The notes under the pieces are model-generated. The model saw only the letters and a list, made by a program, of their open reading frames with translations, ran no database searches and was not told the DNA's origin. A stretch of 62,810 bases of DNA, the filler included, from Thermodesulfobacteriota bacterium (GTDB taxonomy: Bacteria > DASVDK01), in assembly GCA_036381125.1 (NCBI GenBank). It is 4 parts of 4 records of this genome, joined end to end, with 100 filler letters (N's around TTAATTAATTAA, not from the genome) between each part and the next. Parts side by side here need not be neighbours in the genome. Positions count along the whole stretch, not along the records: positions 20,993 to 48,800 come from DASVDK010000120.1; 3 more parts are not named here. The stretch is one strand, 5' to 3'. Position numbers and translations under genes: made by a program. Each line of letters starts with the position of its first letter. Position 1 is the first letter of the stretch. Shown here piece after piece: positions 36,952 through 46,067 of this stretch.

Positions 36952-37785
36952 TCACGCGCCCCGGAGCCTCGGATCCAGGTGGTCCCTGAGGCCGTCGCTG
37001 ACGAAGTTGAAGGCGAGGACCGAGAGCATGATGAAGAGCCCCGGGAAGAGCGAGATCCAGGGCGAGATGAGCAGGAACTCCTTCCCCTCGTTGAGGATCG
37101 TGCCCCACGACGGGGTGGGCGGCTGCACGCCGACGCCGAGGTAGGAGAGCGCCGACTCGATCAGGATCGCGTACGAGAGCCCCACGACGACCTGCACGAG
37201 CATCGGCGCGAGCACGTTCGGCAGGAGGTACCGGGCGATGATCCGGCCCGGGCCGGCGCCGGCCGCGGCCGCGGCCTCCACGTAGGCGAGGTTCTTCTCG
37301 GCGAGCACGGCGGCGCGCATCACCCTGAAGAAGAACGGCGTGTAGACGACCGCGATGGCCACGGTCGTCGTCGTCGCGCCGGCGCCGAGGACCGCCGAGA
37401 TCCCGAGGGCGAGCAGCAGCGAGGGGAAGGCGAAGAGGAGGTCCATGAGCCTCCCGAGAAGCTGGTCGAGCCCGCGCCCGAAGTAGCCGGCGACGAGGCC
37501 CATGGCGCCGCCGATCAGCGTGGCGACGCCGATCGAGAGGCCGGCGATGCCGAGCGAGACGCGGATGCCGAAGAGGACGCGGCTGAGGAGGTCGCGGCCG
37601 AACCGATCGGTGCCGAAGAGGTGCGCGGCCGAGGGGGGCTCGAACATGCGCGCCGCATCGACGGCGATCGGCGAGTAGGGGGCGACGAGCGGCGCCAGCA
37701 CGCCGGCCGCCACGAAGGCGCCGGCGATGACGGCGCCGGCCACGAAGAGCCGATTGCCCCCGAGGTCGGCCGTCCGCGCGGTCAC
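36952..37785 (-). CDS. Peptide ABC permease (DppC-like)
   Basis: GTG 37785; HLFGTDRFGRD, YVEAAAAAGA, LLPNV, ESALSYLG, DGLRDHLDPR. Confidence 0.92.
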   Translation of the reverse strand: MTARTADLGGNRLFVAGAVIAGAFVAAGVLAPLVAPYSPIAVDAARMFEPPSAAHLFGTDRFGRDLLSRVLFGIRVSLGIAGLSIGVATLIGGAMGLVAGYFGRGLDQLLGRLMDLLFAFPSLLLALGISAVLGAGATTTTVAIAVVYTPFFFRVMRAAVLAEKNLAYVEAAAAAGAGPGRIIARYLLPNVLAPMLVQVVVGLSYAILIESALSYLGVGVQPPTPSWGTILNEGKEFLLISPWISLFPGLFIMLSVLAFNFVSDGLRDHLDPRLRGA

Positions 37786-38732
37786 CGGTACCGGATGCGC
37801 GGGTCGATGACCCCGTAGAGGAGGTCGACCGCGAGGTTGAGGAGCATGAAGAGGGCGGCGCCGACGAGGATCGTCCCCTGCACGACCGGGTAGTCGCGCT
37901 GGAAGATCGCATCGAGCAGGAGGCGCCCGACTCCCGGGAGGTTGAAGACGTCCTCGACGACGACGATCCCCCCGAGGATGTAGCCCATCTGGACGCCGGC
38001 CACGGTGGCGACCGGGATGAGGGCGTTGCGCAGCCCGTGGCGGCCGGCGACCCGCGGCTCGTCGGCCCCCTTCGCCCGCGCGGTCCGGATGTAGTCCTGG
38101 CGCAGGACCTCGAGCATCGAGGAGCGGGTCATCCGGGTGATGACCGCGGCGGTGGCGGTGCCGAGCGTGAGGATGGGAAGCGCCATGATGGCGAGGTTGC
38201 CCCGGAGGTCCTCGGTGATCGGGATCCAGTCGAGCGGCGGCATCCACGAGAGATAGAGGGAGAAGAGGAGGATCAGGAGCGTCCCCTGCCAGAAGGCGGG
38301 GACCGAGAGGCCGAGGGTGGCCGTGAAGCGGATCGAGCCGTCGTACGGCGTGCCGCGGCCGAGCGCGGCGACGGTGCCCAGGGGGATGCCGAGCAGGAGC
38401 GACCAGGCCACGGCGCCGACGGCCAGCTCGGCCGAGACCGGCAGGCGCGCGAGGATCAGCTCGAGCACCGGCCGGTCGCTCCGCCACGACTCCCCCAGGT
38501 CCCCGCGCACCACGCCGCCCAGCCAGTCCACGAACTGGACGTGCCACGGCCGGTCGAGCCCGAAGAACTGCCGCAGGCTCAGGACCGTCTCCTCGCTGAC
38601 CAGCGCGCTCTGGCCGAGGAGCTGCTCGACCACGGTGCCCGGGATCAGCCGCATCATCACGAAGACGATGACGCTGACCCCGAGCAGGGTCGCGGCCATG
38701 GCGATCAGCCGGCGAAGCGCGTACTGCCACAT
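37782..38732 (-). CDS. Peptide ABC permease (DppB-like)
   Basis: FGLDRP, GDLGES, RSSMLEVLRQDYIRTARAKG, RDYPVVQG, IDPRIR. Confidence 0.93.
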   Translation of the reverse strand: MWQYALRRLIAMAATLLGVSVIVFVMMRLIPGTVVEQLLGQSALVSEETVLSLRQFFGLDRPWHVQFVDWLGGVVRGDLGESWRSDRPVLELILARLPVSAELAVGAVAWSLLLGIPLGTVAALGRGTPYDGSIRFTATLGLSVPAFWQGTLLILLFSLYLSWMPPLDWIPITEDLRGNLAIMALPILTLGTATAAVITRMTRSSMLEVLRQDYIRTARAKGADEPRVAGRHGLRNALIPVATVAGVQMGYILGGIVVVEDVFNLPGVGRLLLDAIFQRDYPVVQGTILVGAALFMLLNLAVDLLYGVIDPRIRYR

Positions 38733-38742
38733 GCCGGACGGC

Positions 38743-40302
38743 TCACGCCGACAGCCAGGCGAAGCGCAGCCCGTAGAGGAAGCCGGTCGGGTAGGGTCGG
38801 AACCCCTTGAGCTTCCGGCTCACGCTGTAGAGGAGGTTCGGCGCGTAGAGCGGGATGCTGATCGGGTCCTCCGCCATGAGCGCCTGCACGCGGTCGTAGA
38901 TCGCCTTGCGCCTGGCGCGATCGAGCGTCGAGCGCCCCTCGTCGAGGAGGCGGTCGGCCTCGGCGCTCCCCCACCGCCGGAAGTCCATCCCCTTCGGCGG
39001 GGTGCGGTAGTGCCGGTAGAAGGCCTGGTCCGGGTCGACGAAGCCGCCCCACTCGTTCATCGTCGGGGGGCTCTGGCGCGCGATCCAGTCCTTGATCCAG
39101 ACGCCGATGTCGACCGTCTCGACGGTCACGTCGAAGCCGACCTCCTTCAGGTTGTCGGCGATCACCTGGACCGAGGCCGCGAGCGCCGGGTAGCCGACGA
39201 GGCTGCGGATGGTGAGCGGGACCGGCGGGGTCAGGCCGGCGGCCTGGAGGAGCTCGCGCGCCTTCGCGACGTCGCGCGTCTGGTTGGCCAGCTTCTCGGC
39301 AGGCATCGCCCAGTACGCCATCGCCGGCGGCAGGAGGCCGAGCCGCGTGCCGAGGCCGTGCCCGGCGATCTGGAGGATCGCCTGCCGGTCGATCGCGACC
39401 GCGATGGCCCGCCGCACGTCCGGCCGGTCGGTCGGCGGCCGGTCGCCGGCGAGGTCGAGGACCACCCAGCGGATCCCGGGTGCCGAGACGTGTTCGTAGG
39501 TCCGGACCGCGCTCGCCAGGCGGAAGTTGATGCCGCTGTCGAACTGGACCATGTCGACCTGCCCCGCCCGGAGCGCCGCCACGAGCGACGACTCGTCCGG
39601 CACCGTCTGGAAGGTGATCGCGTCGAGATAGGGCTTGCCGCGGTCCCAGTAGTCGGCGTGCCTGCGCAGGACGAGGCGGCGGTTCGGCTCGAACGCCTCG
39701 ACCGCGAAGGGCCCGGTCCCGACCGCCGCGTGGTTCAGCTCCCGGCCGGTCTTGACGGCGTCGGCCGGGACGACGGCGTTGTACTTCCCGCCGAGGTTGA
39801 TGAGGAAGGTCGCCGTCGGCTCGTGGAGCGTGAACTTCACGGTCTCCCGGTCGACGACCTCGATCGCCTTGATCATCACGAGGTCGCCCCGGCCGCCCGA
39901 CCCGGTCTTCGGGTCGAGGACCCGCTCGTAGCTGAACTTCACGTCCTCGGCCGTCATCTCCTTGCCGTTGTGGAACCTGACGCCGCGGCGGAGGTGGAAG
40001 ACGTACTCGGTCGGCGACCGCTCCTCCCACCGCTCGGCGAGCTGGGGCCTGGGCGTCAGGTCGAAGTCGACCCAGACGAGGCTCTCGTAGAAGAGCGGCT
40101 TGCGGCGCTGGTAGATGTCGGCCCCCTCGAGGTGCGGCTCGATGCTCGCGGGCAGCGCCGTGCTGCCGAAGGTGATCCGACCGCCGGTCCGGGGGGCGCC
40201 GTCGGCGGCGCCCGCGCGTCCCGGCCGCAGCGTCCCCGGGGCCGCGAGCCCGAAGCCCACGGCGCCGGCGCTGCCGAGGAGTGCCCGTCGCGTGATACGC
40301 AT
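38743..40302 (-). CDS. Tat-exported peptide ABC substrate-binding protein (family 5)
   Basis: TRRALL Tat motif; FHLRRGVRFHNG, TAEDVKFS, VGTGPF, PYLDAI, VRRAIAVAIDR. Confidence 0.92.
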   Translation of the reverse strand: MRITRRALLGSAGAVGFGLAAPGTLRPGRAGAADGAPRTGGRITFGSTALPASIEPHLEGADIYQRRKPLFYESLVWVDFDLTPRPQLAERWEERSPTEYVFHLRRGVRFHNGKEMTAEDVKFSYERVLDPKTGSGGRGDLVMIKAIEVVDRETVKFTLHEPTATFLINLGGKYNAVVPADAVKTGRELNHAAVGTGPFAVEAFEPNRRLVLRRHADYWDRGKPYLDAITFQTVPDESSLVAALRAGQVDMVQFDSGINFRLASAVRTYEHVSAPGIRWVVLDLAGDRPPTDRPDVRRAIAVAIDRQAILQIAGHGLGTRLGLLPPAMAYWAMPAEKLANQTRDVAKARELLQAAGLTPPVPLTIRSLVGYPALAASVQVIADNLKEVGFDVTVETVDIGVWIKDWIARQSPPTMNEWGGFVDPDQAFYRHYRTPPKGMDFRRWGSAEADRLLDEGRSTLDRARRKAIYDRVQALMAEDPISIPLYAPNLLYSVSRKLKGFRPYPTGFLYGLRFAWLSA

Positions 40303-40329
40303 CCCTCTCTCCTCCTCCTCTCGCCCCGC

Positions 40330-40424
40330 GGGGTCGGGCCTCTACCAACGGGTCAGGTCTCTACGCGTTCCGGACTGGAAAATGGAAAGACCTGACCCCC
40401 GGGAAAATGGAAAGACCTGACCCC
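40330..40424. repeat. Intergenic REP-like cluster: 23-bp direct repeat plus inverted partner units
   Basis: GGAAAATGGAAAGACCTGACCCC at 40377-40399 and 40402-40424; core AGACCTGACCC is the reverse complement of GGGTCAGGTCT at 40350-40360; degenerate copy GGGGTCGGGCCTCTAC at 40330-40345. Confidence 0.85.
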
Positions 40425-40434
40425 ATTGGATGGC

Positions 40435-40911
40435 CTAGCGGAGCGCGACGACGAATTCGATCTCGACCGGCGTGTTGCGGGGCAGCGCCGGGGCGCCGAT
40501 CGCCGAGCGGGCGTGCCGGCCGGCCTCGCCGAAGATCTGGATGAGCAGCTCCGAGGCGGCGTCGATCACCCTCGGCTGCTCGTGGAAGGTCGGTGCCGAC
40601 GCGACGAAGCCGGTCACCTTGACGATCCGCGCGATCCGGTCGAGGGAACCCAGGGCCTGCCTGAGAACGGCCAGCCCGTGCAGGACGCAGAGGCGGGCCG
40701 CCTCGCGCCCCTCCTCGACCGACACCGTCTCGCCGAGCTTGCCCGTGACCGCGAGTCCCGCAGCGGTGCGCGGCAGTTGCCCGCTCACGTACGCGACGTC
40801 GTGCCAGACCACGACCGGCACGTAGTTGAAGGCCGGCGTGGCCGGCTCGGGGAGGGCGAGCCCCAGCTCCTCGATCCGTCCTTCCACCACCCCCTGTGCG
40901 ACTCCCCCCAT
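40435..40911 (-). CDS. RidA/YjgF family protein
   Basis: PAFNYVP, YVSGQLP, GKLG, VKVTGFVAS, GRHARSAIG...LPRNTPVEIE. Confidence 0.92.
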   Translation of the reverse strand: MGGVAQGVVEGRIEELGLALPEPATPAFNYVPVVVWHDVAYVSGQLPRTAAGLAVTGKLGETVSVEEGREAARLCVLHGLAVLRQALGSLDRIARIVKVTGFVASAPTFHEQPRVIDAASELLIQIFGEAGRHARSAIGAPALPRNTPVEIEFVVALR

Positions 40912-40925
40912 GGTCCCTCCTCGTC

Positions 40926-41912
40926 CTACTGCGCGCCGGCCGTTGCCCGTGCCCTGAGCCACCCGAGGTAGTCCGCGGCGGCCAGGCGCGCGTCGTACTC
41001 CGGGCGGAAGCCGAGGTCCCGCTCGATCCGCGCCGTCGACATGGCGGGCAGCCCGGGCGCGGACGCCGACGGCTCGCGGCCGGCGGTCGCGCCGCCCGGC
41101 TCCACCTCGACCTGGACCTCGGGATCGGCCGCCTTCAGGGCGCGGGCCAGGTCGGCCAGGCTGCTGCGGTGGCCCACCACGTGGTAGCGGTCGTGCGGGA
41201 GCGCGCGGGCCGACACGCACGCCTCGATCACGCGGCCGGCGTCGGGCGCGTAGAGCAGGTCGGCCGGCTCGGGCGGCGCCGCGACCCTCGCCGGCTGCCG
41301 GCGGGCCGCCGCGACGAAGAGCTGGTGGAGCGCCGTGGCCTGCCCGACGTACCAGCGGCCGGGCCCGTAGACCAGCGGCAGCCGGAGCGCGACGCTCTCG
41401 AGGCCGTGCTCCCGCCGGTAGTGCCGCGCCATGAACTCCGCCATCGCCTTCGTGGCGCCGTAGAGCGTGGTCGGCGCGGCCGGCGCCTCCTCGTCGACCG
41501 GCTCGGCCGCGTACGCCGATGCCGGGCCGAAGACGACGCTCGAGCTGGTCCAGACCAGGCGCCGGAGGCCGAGGTGCCGCATCGCGTCGAGGAGGTTCGT
41601 GAACCCGAGGACGTTCACCTCGACCGCGCGGGCCGGGTGACGGGCGGCCGAGACCAGGAGGCCCGCGTCGCCCGCGCCGAAGGCCGCGCAGCTCACCACC
41701 ACGTCCGGCCGGCTCGCCTCGAGCCCCTCGAGCAGCTCCGACCACGCGAGGAGGTTGCCGGGGACGAGGCGGATCCGGTCGGTCACGTCGTCGAGGAGCC
41801 CCGGGCGGAGCCCCTCCCTGGCCACCCAGACGTCGTGGCCCGCGCGAACGCAGGCTCGCACCGCGTGGGAGCCGACGAAGCCCGTCCCGCCGACCACGAA
41901 GACCCGGGCCAT
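40926..41912 (-). CDS. NAD-dependent epimerase/dehydratase (extended SDR)
   Basis: GGTGFVG, VNVLG, WTSSSVVFG, YGATK (YxxxK), LRLPLVYGPG. Confidence 0.9.
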   Translation of the reverse strand: MARVFVVGGTGFVGSHAVRACVRAGHDVWVAREGLRPGLLDDVTDRIRLVPGNLLAWSELLEGLEASRPDVVVSCAAFGAGDAGLLVSAARHPARAVEVNVLGFTNLLDAMRHLGLRRLVWTSSSVVFGPASAYAAEPVDEEAPAAPTTLYGATKAMAEFMARHYRREHGLESVALRLPLVYGPGRWYVGQATALHQLFVAAARRQPARVAAPPEPADLLYAPDAGRVIEACVSARALPHDRYHVVGHRSSLADLARALKAADPEVQVEVEPGGATAGREPSASAPGLPAMSTARIERDLGFRPEYDARLAAADYLGWLRARATAGAQ

Positions 41913-41917
41913 GCGAA

Positions 41918-43054
41918 TCAGGTCCCGCGGTCCACCCGGAACCGCTCGACCGCCTGCCAGTCCACCTCCACGCCGAGGCCCGGTCCCTTCGGGATCCGGA
42001 TCCGGTCGCCCGCGACCTCGATCGGCGTCGCGAGCAGCTCGTCGCGCAGCGCGTTGCCCCCCCGGTCGTACTCGAAGAGGAGCGGCGCCGCCTCGTGCGC
42101 GACGTGCGGGTGGAGCGGCGTCGCAGCGCAGAGCTGCAGCGCCGCCGCGAGCGCCACCCCTCCGCCCCAGACGTGCGGCGAGAAGCGGATGTTCCAGGTC
42201 TGCGCCATCCGGACGATGGCCTTCGCCTCCGCGAGGCCGCCGCAGGTGGTGACGTCCGGCTGGACGACGTCGACGAGCCGCCGGCTGATCAGGTCGCGGA
42301 AGCCGACGCGCATCGCGTCCGCCTCGCCGCTCGCGAGCGGGACCCGGCTGCCGTCGCGCAGCCGGGCGTAGCCGTCGAGATCCTCGGGCGGTACCGGCTC
42401 CTCGAGCCAGAGGACGCCTCTCGCCTCGAGATGGGGCGCGAGCTGGAGCGCCAGGTCGGCCGTGTAGTTGCCGTTGAGGTCCACCATCACGCCGGCGTCC
42501 TTCCCGACGATCTCGTAGACCAGGTCGATCCGCTCGAGGTCGCTCGGGATGCCGCGGCCGCACTTGATCTTGACGAGCGTGAACCCCTCGGCCGCCGCCG
42601 CCTCGACGAGCCGCCGGTAGCCGTCGGGCCGCTCCGTGAAGTAGCCGGTCGAGGCGTAGGCGCGCACGTCGTCCCGGTTCCAGCCTCCCAGGAGCTTCGC
42701 CGCCGGAAGCCCCACCGCCTTGCCCATGAGGTCCCAGCAGGCCGTCTCGAGGCCCGAGAGGGCCGCGATGTGGAGCCCCGTGCGCCCCCAGTGGTAGCGG
42801 CCGTTCGTGGCGATGCCCCAGAGCCGCTCGTGGTCGAAGGGGTCCTGGCCGAGGAAGATCGGCGCCAGCTCCTGCACGTGGGCCGCCGTCACGCGTGGCG
42901 GCCCGAACGCCTCGCCGACGCCCACGAGGCCGTCGTCCGTCTCCATCCGAACGAGGCAGGTCGTCCGGGCCGTGACGAGGCCGCGCGCGCTGCCGTAGCC
43001 GCCGGTCGGGATCTCGTACCGGAGCGGGATCGCCTCGATCGCGCGGATCCTCAC
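41918..43054 (-). CDS. Mandelate racemase/muconate lactonizing enzyme family (enolase superfamily)
   Basis: GTG 43054; GLVGVGEA, ACWDLMGK, KIK, MVDLN, WLEEP, ASGE, VVQPD, SPHVW, LFEYD. Confidence 0.92.
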   Translation of the reverse strand: MRIRAIEAIPLRYEIPTGGYGSARGLVTARTTCLVRMETDDGLVGVGEAFGPPRVTAAHVQELAPIFLGQDPFDHERLWGIATNGRYHWGRTGLHIAALSGLETACWDLMGKAVGLPAAKLLGGWNRDDVRAYASTGYFTERPDGYRRLVEAAAAEGFTLVKIKCGRGIPSDLERIDLVYEIVGKDAGVMVDLNGNYTADLALQLAPHLEARGVLWLEEPVPPEDLDGYARLRDGSRVPLASGEADAMRVGFRDLISRRLVDVVQPDVTTCGGLAEAKAIVRMAQTWNIRFSPHVWGGGVALAAALQLCAATPLHPHVAHEAAPLLFEYDRGGNALRDELLATPIEVAGDRIRIPKGPGLGVEVDWQAVERFRVDRGT

Positions 43055-43827
43055 GGCAGGGGCTCCGGCGCCGCCCCCGCGAAGTCGCGCAGGAACGTGG
43101 CCCCCCGCTCGATCGCCGCGGCCACGATCGCTTCGCCGGCCTCGGCGGTGGCGAGCCGCGCGTCGCCGAAGGCGCCGTTGCGCGTCATCTCGTGGAAGGC
43201 GAACGCCACCTGCGCCGCGAACGGCACCTGGTTGCCCGCGTGGCGCCAGGGGAGGTCCAGCATCTCGCCCGGCTCGAGCGCCTCGGTGCGGACCAGGTCG
43301 GGCGCCACCGCGAGCCCTACCGACGCCTCGATCTCGCAGGCGTGCCCCCAACGCGCCGTCTTCGCGTGCTTCGCCATCACGTCGGACGCCTGCGTGAAGT
43401 AGAAGAGCGCCGCCGCCGTCACCCCCATCTCGTACCGAAGCCGCGTCACCAGCGTGCCGAGCGCCGCCACGTTGCCGTAGTGGCCGTTCACGAAGACGAT
43501 CTTCGTGATGCCGTGCTGCCTGACGCTCGCCGCCACGTCCATCAGCACCGCGTGGAACGTCTGCTCGCTGACGGTGAGCGTCCCGGGGAAACCCATGTGG
43601 TGGTAGGAGATCCCGAGCGGCAGCGGCGGCAGGACGACCGCCAGCGGGTGGACCGTGGCCGCCAGGCGGCGGGCCATCTCGTGCGCGATCCGGATGTCGG
43701 TCTGGAAGGTCATGTTCGGCCCGTGCTGCTCGGTCGCGCCGACCGGCTGGAGCGCCACGCGGATGTCGCGCTGCGCCGCCTTGAACTCGGGCCAGGTCAT
43801 GGAGGACAGCTCGTACCAGGCGGACAT
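43051..43827 (-). CDS. Creatininase family amidohydrolase
   Basis: PVGATEQHGP....TD, GISYHHMGFPGT, VNGHYGN, GHACEIE, NGAFGD. Confidence 0.92.
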   Translation of the reverse strand: MSAWYELSSMTWPEFKAAQRDIRVALQPVGATEQHGPNMTFQTDIRIAHEMARRLAATVHPLAVVLPPLPLGISYHHMGFPGTLTVSEQTFHAVLMDVAASVRQHGITKIVFVNGHYGNVAALGTLVTRLRYEMGVTAAALFYFTQASDVMAKHAKTARWGHACEIEASVGLAVAPDLVRTEALEPGEMLDLPWRHAGNQVPFAAQVAFAFHEMTRNGAFGDARLATAEAGEAIVAAAIERGATFLRDFAGAAPEPLP

Positions 43828-44066
43828 CTCACTCCTCCCCGACTCCTCGTGCTCGCTCGCTCTACTATCGCCCGGCCGCGGGCGGAAGTCCACGCCCGGA
43901 GGCGCGTGTGCCTCCTTGCCGTCACCCGATGGGACTGGTACAGGACGCGTGCCGAGCAGTACGAGCGCTTGGTCTCCTGGCTCGCCTCTCGGCCATCACG
44001 CACGCACCGGTCCAGCTCGGATACCGCGCTTCGCCGATCTTCGAAGGCCGGTGGGCGGCGCACGGC

Positions 44067-44888
44067 TCAGACGTGCGCGAGGTAGCGCTCCCGCATGCAG
44101 GCGAGGACCTCGTCGGCGGGGGCGTCCCAGACGGCCCGGTTGAAGATCTCGACCTCGACGAAGCCGCGGTAGCCGGCCGCCTCGACCGCCTCGCGGATGC
44201 GGCGGATCTCGATGACGCCGTCGCCCATCATGCCGCGGGACATGAGGACGTCGGTGTTGGGGACGAGCCAGTCGCAGACGTGGAAGCCGAGGATGCGGCC
44301 GGCGGCGCGGGCGATCTGCCGGTAGAGGTCGGGGTCCCACCAGACGTGGTAGACGTCGACGACCACCCCGAGGTTCGGGGCGCCGATCCGCTCGACGAGG
44401 TCGTTCGCCTGCGCGAGCGTGTTGATCACCGACCGGTCGGCGGCGAAGGCGGGGTGGAGCGGCTCGATCCCGAGCCGGACCCCTCGCTCGGCGGCGTACG
44501 GTGCGAGCCGCGCGATCCCCTCCTCCACCATCGCCCTGGCCCCGTCGAGGTCCTTCTCGGGCATCCCGCCGCAGACGAGGACCAGGACGTCGGCGCCGAG
44601 CGCCGCGGCCTCGTCGACGGCGCGCCGGTTGTCCTCGAGGGCCGTCTCGCGCCCCTCGCGCGTCGCCGCGGGGAACATCCCGCCGCGGCAGACGCCCGAC
44701 ACGTGGAGGCCGGCGTCCCGGACGAGCCGGACGGCGGCGGCAAGCCCCGCCTCCGCGATCCGGTGCCGCCAGAGCCCGACGGCGAGAAGGCCGGCGCGGA
44801 CGGCCGCCTCCACCGCCGCGCGGAGGTCGAGCCGCTCGGTGGTGATCTGGTTCAGCGAGAGCCGGGCGAGGTCGGGCGCCGACATCAC
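44067..44888 (-). CDS. Sugar-phosphate isomerase/epimerase (AP endonuclease 2 TIM barrel)
   Basis: LSLNQIT, CRGGMF, IEPLHP, DVYHVWWDP, FHVCDW, RGMMGDG, EVEIF. Confidence 0.9.
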   Translation of the reverse strand: MMSAPDLARLSLNQITTERLDLRAAVEAAVRAGLLAVGLWRHRIAEAGLAAAVRLVRDAGLHVSGVCRGGMFPAATREGRETALEDNRRAVDEAAALGADVLVLVCGGMPEKDLDGARAMVEEGIARLAPYAAERGVRLGIEPLHPAFAADRSVINTLAQANDLVERIGAPNLGVVVDVYHVWWDPDLYRQIARAAGRILGFHVCDWLVPNTDVLMSRGMMGDGVIEIRRIREAVEAAGYRGFVEVEIFNRAVWDAPADEVLACMRERYLAHV

Positions 44889-46063
44889 TCGACGCCGGCC
44901 AGCGCCAGCACGGGGCGCATCCGGGCCGCGGCCCGATCGGGGTCGGCGAGGAGTCCCGCCCGGTCGGCCAGCCGGAAGACCTCGGCGAGGTGCACGATGG
45001 ACCGGGCGCTCTCCTGGCCGCCCACCATGCGGAAGTGCCGCTGGTGCCCGTTGAGGTAGGCCATGAAGACGACGCCGGTCTTGTAGAACCGGGTCGGCGC
45101 CCGGAAGACGTGTCGCGAGAGCGGCACGGTCGGCGCGAGGATCGTCTCGAACCGCGCGAGGTCGCCCGCGTCGAGCGCGCCGAGCGCCGCCGAGGCGGCC
45201 GGCGCGATCGCGTCGAAGATCCCGAGGAGCGCGTCGCTCGCCCGCTCGCCGTCGCCGCGGATCAGCTCCGGGTAGTCGAAGTCGTCGCCCGTGTACATCC
45301 GGACGCCCTCGGGCAGGAGGCGTCGCATCGTGATCTCGCGCGCCTTGTCGAGGAGGGAGATCTTGATCCCGTCGATCCTCGCCGCGTGCTCGCGGACGAT
45401 GGCGAGGCAGCTCGCCATCGCGCGGTCGAGGTCGCGCGCCCCCCAGTAGCCGGCGAGCTGCGGGTCGAACATGTCGCCGAGCCAGTGGATCAGGACCGGC
45501 CGCCTGACCTGCCGGAGGATCGCGCCGTAGACCTCGGCGTAGTCCTCCGGCCCTCTCGCGCAGGCGGCGAGGGCGCGGCTCGCCATCAGGACGACCCGGC
45601 CCCCTTCGCCCTCGACGAAGCCGACCTGCTCCTCGTAGGCCGCCCGGACGTCGGCCAGCGTCACGCCCGGCGACGGCTCGAGGTGATCGGTGCCGGCTCC
45701 GGAGGCGACCGACGCGAAGCCGCCGGCCCGCTCGACGGCCCGCGCCTCGGCGAGCGTGCGTCGGATCAGCTCGCGCGCCTCGGGCCAGCCGAGCCCCATG
45801 CCGCGCTGCGCCGTGTCCATCGCCTCGGCGACGCCGAGGCCGAGCGACCAGAGGTGCCGGCGGTAGGCGAGCGTGGCGTCCCAGTCGAGCCGGCCGGCCG
45901 AGGTCGGGTCGGTGTCGGCGAGCGGGTCGGCGACCACGTGGGCGGCGGCGTAGGCGACCCGGCTCTCGATCCGCCCGCTCCCCGGGCGGACCGGCGGCAC
46001 CCGGCCGAACTCGTACGCCTCGATCGTGCCGTCGGGCCTCGGCAGGCGGATCGTGCGCGTCAC
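44885..46063 (-). CDS. DUF993 / dihydrodipicolinate-synthase-like protein
   Basis: RVAYAAAHVVADP, AEAMDTAQRGMG, LMASRAL, HWLGDMFDP, GIKISLLD, YTGDDF, SDALLGIFD, FYKTG. Confidence 0.85.
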   Translation of the reverse strand: MTRTIRLPRPDGTIEAYEFGRVPPVRPGSGRIESRVAYAAAHVVADPLADTDPTSAGRLDWDATLAYRRHLWSLGLGVAEAMDTAQRGMGLGWPEARELIRRTLAEARAVERAGGFASVASGAGTDHLEPSPGVTLADVRAAYEEQVGFVEGEGGRVVLMASRALAACARGPEDYAEVYGAILRQVRRPVLIHWLGDMFDPQLAGYWGARDLDRAMASCLAIVREHAARIDGIKISLLDKAREITMRRLLPEGVRMYTGDDFDYPELIRGDGERASDALLGIFDAIAPAASAALGALDAGDLARFETILAPTVPLSRHVFRAPTRFYKTGVVFMAYLNGHQRHFRMVGGQESARSIVHLAEVFRLADRAGLLADPDRAAARMRPVLALAGVE

Positions 46064-46067
46064 GGCG

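Noticed and set aside
40377-40424. Possible CRISPR array
   Set aside because: Only two repeats separated by 2 nt, no spacers, no cas genes
43830-44063. Short ORFs in the gap between creatininase and isomerase genes
   Set aside because: No recognisable motif, RBS or consistent coding bias; cannot be supported
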